Assembly: GCA_021161105.1 (NCBI GenBank)
Contig: JAGHBG010000087.1
Span: forward strand, 1-13,139
Direction of reading: 5' to 3'
Source: Thermotogaceae bacterium
GTDB taxonomy: Bacteria; Thermotogota; Thermotogae; Thermotogales; Thermotogaceae
Length of the DNA: 13,139 bases
The translations under genes and the position numbers were made by a program. The stretch's first letter is position 1; each line of letters begins with the position of its first letter. Of this stretch, positions 7,502-13,139 are shown one piece after another. A model generated the notes under the pieces. That model did not search any database, was not told the DNA's origin, and worked only from the letters and a program-made list of their open reading frames with translations.

Positions 7502-8609
7502 TCTTTATGTTTACATCCACATTCCATTTTGTGAGAAAAAATGTATATATTGTGATTTTCTTTCGGTAGCTGTGAAGTCGCTGGAAGAGGAATATTTTCA
7601 ATCTTTAATAAAAGATATAGAAAGCAGCGAGATTCTAAAAAATTCTGCTGTGAAGACGGTTTATTTTGGTGGAGGAACTCCATCGTATGTGGATGAAAGG
7701 TATATAGATATTGTGCTAAACACTGTGGCTAAAACTTCAAGAGTCTTTGACCCAGAAGAAATCACGATAGAGCTCAACCCGGAATCAACTGACGGGCGCA
7801 AGATCAAATTCTATCGATTTATTGGTGTAAACAGGGCAAGTCTTGGCGTTCAGGCTATGGACGATGAGGTTTTAGAAGCTTCAGGAAGAATACACGATGC
7901 TGCTCAGGCAGAGAAAGCGGCTTTTCTTTTAAGGGAGGTTTTTGATAATTTAAATCTTGACTTCATAATAGGGCTTCCGGGAAGTTCTATGGAAGCTGTA
8001 GAGCAGAATTTAAAACTTATCGAAAAGGTAAAACCTGATCATGTTTCTGTATATATGCTTGAAATTCATGAAGAAACACCTCTTTTTTCTCTTCTGAAAA
8101 AAGGCAGGATTCATCTTCCTTCAGATGATGATATGGCAAGCATGTTTGATGAGATGATGGAGGGATTGACAGAGTCTGGTTTTGAAAGGTATGAAATTTC
8201 AAATTTTGCAAAGGATGGAAAAAGGTCTCTTCATAACCTTTCATACTGGCTGAACAAAAACTACATCGGTTTTGGAGCATCAGCGGGAGGTCATGTAGGA
8301 AACTATCGGTATGTAAAGACCATGAGTGTACAGCAATATATAGATAACCCGTTTTCTTTATCTTATGAGAGGCACAATACAGATTGTGAGGAGTTTAAAG
8401 AAACACTTTTTATGGGGCTCAGGCTGGTTGACGGCATTTCGATAGAAAGCCTTAAAAAGCGTTTTCCGGAGCTTTTGAAAGACTTTTTGGTGTATGTATC
8501 AGAAGACAGCCTCTTTTCAATAAAAGATGATAGAATTAAATTATCAAAAGCAGGATTGGATTTATCAAAATTAGCATTTGAGAAGATTGTGAGGTGGAAT
8601 TGTGAGTGA
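7470..8609 (+). CDS. hemW: Radical SAM family protein of the HemW/HemN-like group (an oxygen-independent coproporphyrinogen-III oxidase-like putative heme chaperone)
   Basis: The protein carries the canonical N-terminal motif 'LYVYIHIPFCEKKCIYCDF' (CxxxCxxC). Its ~370-380 aa length fits HemW rather than the longer HemN. It also has the GGGTPS SAM-binding motif. Alternative start: the ATG at 7494 (MNDLYVY...) would overlap the upstream stop by 8 nt, and I cannot choose between the two starts. Confidence 0.85.
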   Translation: MGGFYSLSMNDLYVYIHIPFCEKKCIYCDFLSVAVKSLEEEYFQSLIKDIESSEILKNSAVKTVYFGGGTPSYVDERYIDIVLNTVAKTSRVFDPEEITIELNPESTDGRKIKFYRFIGVNRASLGVQAMDDEVLEASGRIHDAAQAEKAAFLLREVFDNLNLDFIIGLPGSSMEAVEQNLKLIEKVKPDHVSVYMLEIHEETPLFSLLKKGRIHLPSDDDMASMFDEMMEGLTESGFERYEISNFAKDGKRSLHNLSYWLNKNYIGFGASAGGHVGNYRYVKTMSVQQYIDNPFSLSYERHNTDCEEFKETLFMGLRLVDGISIESLKKRFPELLKDFLVYVSEDSLFSIKDDRIKLSKAGLDLSKLAFEKIVRWNCE

Positions 8610-8940
8610 TTTTCATTTTCATGCACATATGGATGGTGGGGAGCATGATCACGAGCATGAGCTTGTTGAGGTAGAAATTTTTTCGATACTTGATGATGAA
8701 GGGAAAGAGGAATTTTTTAAAGAAGTGGGAACGGTTGAATACGGTGGAAAAACTTACAAGGTCTGGCAGGAAGTGCTTTTGGATGAAAAGCAGGAGCTCA
8801 TTGTAAATGAAGGTGATATCCACATTTTTGAGGAGATAGAAGAAGATGGAGAAACTTACCTTGACAAGGTTTTAGACTACGATTTGGCAAAGAAGATTTT
8901 TGACATCTGGGAAAAGATGTTAGAGGAGGAAAAAGAATAA
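8602..8940 (+). CDS. Small acidic DUF1292-like protein with a His-rich N-terminal tail (HFHAHMDGGEHDHEHE)
   Basis: The GTG start has the RBS GAGGTGG 4 nt upstream and overlaps the hemW stop by 8 nt. The body matches the DUF1292 pattern remembered from Firmicutes proteins: '(I)xxLxDEEGxExxFxxxxxxexxGKxYxxxxE' followed by 'IxxxxExEDGExYLDxVxDDxExxKIxDxWexxLEEE'. It is very acidic, at ~35% D+E. An in-frame internal ATG at 8629 is an alternative start. Confidence 0.6.
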   Translation: MSDFHFHAHMDGGEHDHEHELVEVEIFSILDDEGKEEFFKEVGTVEYGGKTYKVWQEVLLDEKQELIVNEGDIHIFEEIEEDGETYLDKVLDYDLAKKIFDIWEKMLEEEKE

Positions 8941-8999
8941 TCCTCTTGAAATAATTCTTCATCGGAAGTACTTATCGCAAACGGAAATGATTAATTCAG

Positions 9000-9040
9000 A
9001 AAGCTCAGCAGAAACAGCCGGGCTTTTATTTTTTTTTAAA
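9000..9040 (+). terminator. Possible weak intrinsic terminator after the DUF1292-like gene: a short imperfect stem followed by a 13-nt T-rich tract
   Basis: In AAAGCtcagcagaaacagccgGGCTTTTATTTTTTTTT only a ~5-bp stem (AAAGC/GCTTT) is evident. The U-tract is strong. Confidence 0.25.
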
Positions 9041-9102
9041 TATAGCCAGCACCCACCATGTTACATCCATTTAATAATATTAGCTATATATTTATTTTGA
9101 AT

Positions 9103-9132
9103 TTGACTAACTACAAGTACAAATTTTATAAT
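9103..9132 (+). promoter_or_regulatory. Near-consensus sigma70-type promoter for the fab operon: -35 TTGACT, 18-nt spacer, -10 TATAAT
   Basis: TTGACT is at 9103-9108 and TATAAT at 9127-9132, with an AT-rich UP-like region upstream (9060-9100). The RBS AAGGAGGTGA at 9141-9150 follows. Confidence 0.5.
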
Positions 9133-9155
9133 TCAAGCCCAAGGAGGTGATATTT

Positions 9156-10397
9156 TTGGGTAGAAGAGTGGTAATCACAGGTATGGGGGTAGTTTCGCCT
9201 ATCGGGATCGGAAAAAAGGAGTTTGCGGAGGCTTTAAAGAGGACAAAAATAGGGGTTGATAAAATAACTTCTTTTGATCCTTCTTCTCTCCCCGTCCAGA
9301 TTGCTGCAGAAGTGAGGAACTTCAAAGCTGAGGATTATATAGATAAAAAACTTGCAAGAAGGCTTGATAGGTACGCTCAATTTGCGCTTGTTGCCGCAAA
9401 AGAAGCCATAGAGCAATCAGGAATAAACTTTGAAAAGTATGGGGAGAGGACAGCTGTTTTGATAAGCTCTGGTATGGGAGGATACCTGACATTAAAGGAG
9501 GAAGATACCGTTCTTGAAACCAGAGGGCCTTCAAGGGTCAGTCCTTTTATGGTGCCGAAGATTCTTATAAACATAGCTCCTGGTATTGTAGCTATGGAGT
9601 ATGGACTGAAAGGTGCTAATTTTGCACCAGTTAGCGCCTGTGCCTCATCTCTTCACTCAATGGCTCTTGGAGCCTTGCTGATAAAGCATGGTTATGCTGA
9701 TGTTGCTATCGTTGGAGGGGCGGAGGCGACAATTGCTCACCTTCCAATAGCAGGTTTTGCATCGATGAGGGCTCTTTCGACAAGAAACGATGAGCCAAAG
9801 AAAGCCTCAAGACCTTTTGATAAGGCAAGAGATGGGTTTGTCATGGGAGAAGGTGGAGCTGTTCTTGTGATAGAAGCCGAAGAGGTGGCAAAGGAAAGAG
9901 GAGCGAATATAATAGCAGAGGTCAAAGGTTTTGGTATGAACGATGATGCCTACCACTTCAGCGCTCCTCACCCGGAAGGTGAAGGAGCAGCTGCATGTAT
10001 GAAACAGGCTCTTGACATGTCAGGGCTTTCTCCTGAGGATATCGACCTTGTGTCAGCCCATGCGACATCAACGCCGGTGGGTGATGCAGCAGAGCTTAAG
10101 GCAATAAAGAAGCTGCTTGGAAGAAGAGCGAAGGAAATAAAGGTAGTTGCCTCAAAAACACTTCTCGGGCATCTTCTGGGTGCGGCGGGTGCGACAGAAC
10201 TCGTTGCGGCCATTTTGATGATGCAGGAAGGATTTGTGCATGGAATGCCAAATCTTGACAATCCCGATGACGAGATGGAAGATGTTGGCCATCCTGGAAA
10301 AGAAGCGGAAAAATGGAATATAAGAAACTTAATTAAAAACGCCTTTGGGTTTGGTGGTCATAACGCTTCTTTAGTCGTTGGGAGGTATGAGGGATGA
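9156..10397 (+). CDS. fabF: 3-oxoacyl-[acyl-carrier-protein] synthase II (KAS II)
   Basis: The active-site Cys is in 'PVSACASSLHS', the His residues are in 'AHATSTPVGD' and 'GHLLGAAG', and the C-terminus is 'FGFGGHNASLVV'. The N-terminus '(M)GRRVVITGMGVVSPIG' is typical. The likely start is the TTG at 9156, 6 nt after the RBS AGGAGGTGA. The ORF-track GTG at 9147 lies inside the RBS. Confidence 0.9.
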   Translation: MGRRVVITGMGVVSPIGIGKKEFAEALKRTKIGVDKITSFDPSSLPVQIAAEVRNFKAEDYIDKKLARRLDRYAQFALVAAKEAIEQSGINFEKYGERTAVLISSGMGGYLTLKEEDTVLETRGPSRVSPFMVPKILINIAPGIVAMEYGLKGANFAPVSACASSLHSMALGALLIKHGYADVAIVGGAEATIAHLPIAGFASMRALSTRNDEPKKASRPFDKARDGFVMGEGGAVLVIEAEEVAKERGANIIAEVKGFGMNDDAYHFSAPHPEGEGAAACMKQALDMSGLSPEDIDLVSAHATSTPVGDAAELKAIKKLLGRRAKEIKVVASKTLLGHLLGAAGATELVAAILMMQEGFVHGMPNLDNPDDEMEDVGHPGKEAEKWNIRNLIKNAFGFGGHNASLVVGRYEG

Positions 10398-10807
10398 ACA
10401 TAGATGAGATAATGAAAATTCTTCCCCACAGGTATCCTTTTCTTCTTGTAGATGGGGTTGAAGAGGTGGGAGAAGATTACATAGTTGCGTACAAAAATAT
10501 CTCAATATCCGATCCCATTTTCCAGGGTCATTTTCCGAACTACCCCATATATCCAGGAGTGTTAATAATTGAAGGGCTGGCGCAGACCGCCGGCCTCCTA
10601 CTTTTGAAAGACGCAAAAGATTCTATTCCACTATTTCTTGGAATTGACAACGCAAGGTTTAAAAAAGAAGTTAGACCAGGTGACAGACTTGTGTATGAGG
10701 TAAAGATAACTCAGAGCAGAGGAACAGTGGTAAAGGTGGATAGTATAGCGAAAGTTGAAGGAAAAGTGGCGGCAAAGGCAGAGCTGCTTCTGGGGGTGAA
10801 AAAGTGA
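10394..10807 (+). CDS. fabZ: 3-hydroxyacyl-[acyl-carrier-protein] dehydratase
   Basis: The protein has 'ILPHRYPFLLVDGV' and 'FQGHFPNYPIYPGVLIIEGLAQ' (hotdog fold, catalytic His). It shares an ATGA start/stop overlap with fabF. Confidence 0.9.
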   Translation: MNIDEIMKILPHRYPFLLVDGVEEVGEDYIVAYKNISISDPIFQGHFPNYPIYPGVLIIEGLAQTAGLLLLKDAKDSIPLFLGIDNARFKKEVRPGDRLVYEVKITQSRGTVVKVDSIAKVEGKVAAKAELLLGVKK

Positions 10808-11757
10808 GAACAAGAGTTACCGAGCTTTTGAATATAGAGTATCCGATAATAATGGGTGGAATGGCATGGGCAGGAACGGCAAAACTGGCAGCTGCTGTCT
10901 CAGAAGCCGGGGCGCTTGGTGTCATAGGTTCTGGTTCCATGACACCTGATATATTGAGGGAAGAGCTTCGAAAAGCAAAAAAGCTCACATCAAAACCCAT
11001 AGGAGTTAACATTCTTCTTCTTAACCCTTATGTTGATGATCTTGTAAAGGTAGCTATTGAAGAGAAAGTTTCTGCCATAACATTCGGTGCTGGGAATCCT
11101 GCAAAATATATCCCAGAGCTTAAAGAACATGGAATAAAGGTGATTCCGGTGGTGGCGGCAGATTCTCTGGCAAAGCTTGTAGAGAGGGCAGGAGCCGATG
11201 CTGTTATAGCAGAAGGGATGGAAAGTGGAGGGCATATCGGAGAGGTAACAACAATTGTTCTTGTCAACAAAGTGGCAAGGAGTGTAAAGATACCCGTCAT
11301 TGCAGCTGGTGGGATAGCCGATGGAAGAGGTATGGCAGCTGCCTTTGCACTGGGAGCGGAGGGAGTTCAGATGGGAACAAGGTTCGTTGCAACAGAGGAA
11401 GCAGAAGTTCATGAAGAATACAAAAAAAGAATAGTTAAAGCTTCGATAAGAGACACGGTTGTAACTGGGGCAAAGCTTGGCCATCCAGCGAGGGTTATAA
11501 AAACTCCTTTTGCAAAGAAGATAGTTGAAATAGAAACGAAGGATTTTGAAGAGGCAGAAAATCTTCTTCTTGGAAGCTTGAGAAGAGCTGTCCTTGAAGG
11601 TGATGTAAAAAGTGGATCTTTCATGGCAGGCCAGAGTGCAGGGCTTGTTAATGATATTAAACCCGTGAAGGAAGTGATAGAAGATATAATGAAAGAATTT
11701 GAAGATACGCTTAATTCCATGTGCAGCAAAAAGGAAAGCTGGTTTGGAGGTGAATAA
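10804..11757 (+). CDS. fabK: Enoyl-[acyl-carrier-protein] reductase II, FMN-dependent (nitronate monooxygenase/2-nitropropane dioxygenase-like family)
   Basis: The motifs 'YPIIMGGMAWAGTAKLAAAVSEAGALGVIGSG', 'GGHIGE' and 'PVIAAGGIADGRGMAAAFALGAEGVQMGTRF' are present. The GTG start overlaps the fabZ stop (GTGA), and the RBS GGGGTGA lies 5 nt upstream. Its position inside a fab operon supports FabK over a generic NMO. Confidence 0.8.
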   Translation: MRTRVTELLNIEYPIIMGGMAWAGTAKLAAAVSEAGALGVIGSGSMTPDILREELRKAKKLTSKPIGVNILLLNPYVDDLVKVAIEEKVSAITFGAGNPAKYIPELKEHGIKVIPVVAADSLAKLVERAGADAVIAEGMESGGHIGEVTTIVLVNKVARSVKIPVIAAGGIADGRGMAAAFALGAEGVQMGTRFVATEEAEVHEEYKKRIVKASIRDTVVTGAKLGHPARVIKTPFAKKIVEIETKDFEEAENLLLGSLRRAVLEGDVKSGSFMAGQSAGLVNDIKPVKEVIEDIMKEFEDTLNSMCSKKESWFGGE

Positions 11758-11759
11758 TC

Positions 11760-12650
11760 GTGATTGCTTTTCTCTTTCCCGGGCAGGGATCACAATACCC
11801 CGGTATGGGAGAAGATTTTGCCAGATATGAGAGCGCGGAAAGATTTTATCAAATAGCAAGTGAAGTTTTAGGTTTTGATTTGTATGAAATAATGAACGGT
11901 GATGAGGAAACACTCACCCTTACAGAAAACGCTCAACCTGCAATATACCTTACAAGCTTTATAGCCTATGAAGAGTTGAAAAAAAGAGGAATCGATCCAG
12001 ATGTCATGGCAGGGCACTCCCTTGGCGAGTACACTGCTCTGGCGGCGGCTGGAGTTTATGATTTTGAAACGGGACTTTATCTTGTAAGAAAAAGGGGCGA
12101 GTACATATCGCAGGCGCTCCAGCCAGGAAAAGGTACCATGGCTGCGATTATAGGACTTGACCTGAGCAAGATAGAAGAGATTGTCAACTTCATTGATGGC
12201 GTTTACATCGCAAATTACAACGCACCTGTTCAGATCGTTACAAGTGGCCTTAAGGATGCGGTGTATGGGGCTATGGAAAAATGTAAAGAAGCCGGTGCGA
12301 AAAGAGTGGTGGAGCTAAAAGTTTCTGGTCCTTTTCATACTCCATATTTAAGATATGCAGAAGAGAAAATGGAAGAAGAAGTGCGGCAAATTAAATTCAG
12401 AGAGCCGTGCTGCCCGATAGTCATGAACGTAACGGCAAAGCCAACGACAGATCCAGAAGAGATTAAAAGAAACTTGATAGCCCAGATTACAGGCCCTGTA
12501 AAGTGGATGCAGACGATGGAGACCATGAAGGAGATGAAGGTAAGTGAAATGTATGAAGTGGGACCGAAGGATGTTCTCAAAGGACTTGGAAAGAGGAACA
12601 AGGTTAAGGTGAAACATTTCAGTGAAGAGGTGGTGGTGGAAAATGCTTAA
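11760..12650 (+). CDS. fabD: Malonyl-CoA:ACP transacylase
   Basis: The N-terminus is 'IAFLFPGQGSQYPGMG', and the active-site Ser is in 'GHSLGEYTALAAAG'. The GTG start is 6 nt after the RBS GGAGGTGA. Confidence 0.9.
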   Translation: MIAFLFPGQGSQYPGMGEDFARYESAERFYQIASEVLGFDLYEIMNGDEETLTLTENAQPAIYLTSFIAYEELKKRGIDPDVMAGHSLGEYTALAAAGVYDFETGLYLVRKRGEYISQALQPGKGTMAAIIGLDLSKIEEIVNFIDGVYIANYNAPVQIVTSGLKDAVYGAMEKCKEAGAKRVVELKVSGPFHTPYLRYAEEKMEEEVRQIKFREPCCPIVMNVTAKPTTDPEEIKRNLIAQITGPVKWMQTMETMKEMKVSEMYEVGPKDVLKGLGKRNKVKVKHFSEEVVVENA

Positions 12651-13139
12651 TGATAAGGTGGCTATCGTCACAGGGGCTTCAAGCGGCATAGGAAGGGCGA
12701 TAGCAAAAAGGATGATAGAAGAAGGAGCCATTGTCATTGGAATTGCAAGGAGTGAAGATAAGCTTCAGAGTGTTAAAGAATGGCTTGGGGAAAGCTTTCA
12801 CTACAAAGTAGCTGATGTTTCAGAGTACGAGAGAGCCCAGCAGGTGGTAAAAGAAGTTTACGAAGAATTTGACAGGATAGATATCCTTGTAAACAACGCA
12901 GGGATAGCGGAAGATACACTTCTCGTAAGGATGGACAAAGAAAAGTGGCAGAAAGTCATAGATGTGAATCTTGGAGGCGTGTTTAACTATACAAAAGCGG
13001 TTCTTTCATACATGATGAAGCAGAAAAGTGGAGTTATTATTAATATCTCTTCCGTTGTAGGACTTTATGGCAACGCTGGCCAGACCAATTATGCTGCTTC
13101 GAAAGCTGGAATAATTGGCTTTACAAAGTCCCTGGCAAA
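12643..13139 (+). CDS. fabG: 3-oxoacyl-[acyl-carrier-protein] reductase (SDR), 3'-partial, continuing beyond the window
   Basis: The N-terminus is 'MLNDKVAIVTGASSGIGRAIA' (TGxxxGIG), followed by 'NNAGI' and 'YAASKAG' (catalytic Y-x3-K). The ATG overlaps the fabD stop by 8 nt. Confidence 0.85.
   Translation, partial: MLNDKVAIVTGASSGIGRAIAKRMIEEGAIVIGIARSEDKLQSVKEWLGESFHYKVADVSEYERAQQVVKEVYEEFDRIDILVNNAGIAEDTLLVRMDKEKWQKVIDVNLGGVFNYTKAVLSYMMKQKSGVIINISSVVGLYGNAGQTNYAASKAGIIGFTKSLA

Noticed and set aside
8941-9100. Possible riboswitch or leader RNA upstream of the fab operon
   Set aside because: The region is AT-rich, and I see no conserved riboswitch core by eye, for example the SAM, c-di-GMP (GEMM) or T-box specifier/antiterminator motifs. 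It is better explained as a terminator T-tract plus the promoter UP region.
10990-11913. 307-aa ORF on the - strand spanning fabK/fabD
   Set aside because: It is antisense to two well-supported fab genes, extremely Cys/Phe/Tyr-rich, and has no RBS. It is an artefact of the GA-rich sense strand.
1-13139. Scan for CRISPR arrays, IS elements, integrases, toxin-antitoxin pairs or defence islands
   Set aside because: I found no regularly spaced direct repeats, no terminal inverted repeats, and no transposase- or integrase-like ORFs. No short ORF pairs with TA-like features appeared in any frame. Every ORF over 100 aa outside the antisense artefacts is accounted for by the housekeeping genes listed.

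Overview
This is a 13.1-kb stretch of a moderately AT-rich bacterial chromosome. By eye the GC content is in the low 40s %, and coding is rich in AAG/GAG/AAA. Gene content and the short 404-aa adenosylhomocysteinase (SAHH) suggest a thermophilic anaerobe, possibly Thermotogae-like, but the organism cannot be fixed from sequence alone. The region is densely packed with housekeeping genes, mostly on the + strand, and many adjacent genes overlap by 1-8 nt, which suggests translational coupling.

From left to right the window holds:
1. A GGDEF diguanylate cyclase (GGEEF motif), possibly 5'-truncated by the window edge.
2. SAHH (ahcY), followed by a small membrane-anchored hypothetical protein.
3. 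On the - strand, a transglutaminase-like gene interrupted by a single in-frame TAG, so a pseudogene or a readthrough candidate.
4. A stomatin/band-7 (SPFH) membrane protein.
5. On the - strand, a beta-CASP metallo-beta-lactamase-fold hydrolase that resembles RNase J.
6. A tRNA-Ser(UGA) with its own promoter and intrinsic terminator.
7. A Gly/aromatic-rich secreted protein that looks like a beta-barrel.
8. A HemW-like radical-SAM protein, translationally coupled to a small acidic DUF1292-like protein with a His-rich N-terminus.
9. A fatty-acid synthesis operon, fabF-fabZ-fabK-fabD-fabG, with fabG running off the 3' edge. It is driven by a near-consensus sigma70-type promoter.

I found no CRISPR array, integrase, transposase or toxin/defence-like module. 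The most unusual points are the amber-interrupted transglutaminase gene, the HemW-DUF1292 coupled pair, and the GGDEF-ahcY-membrane-protein coupling.
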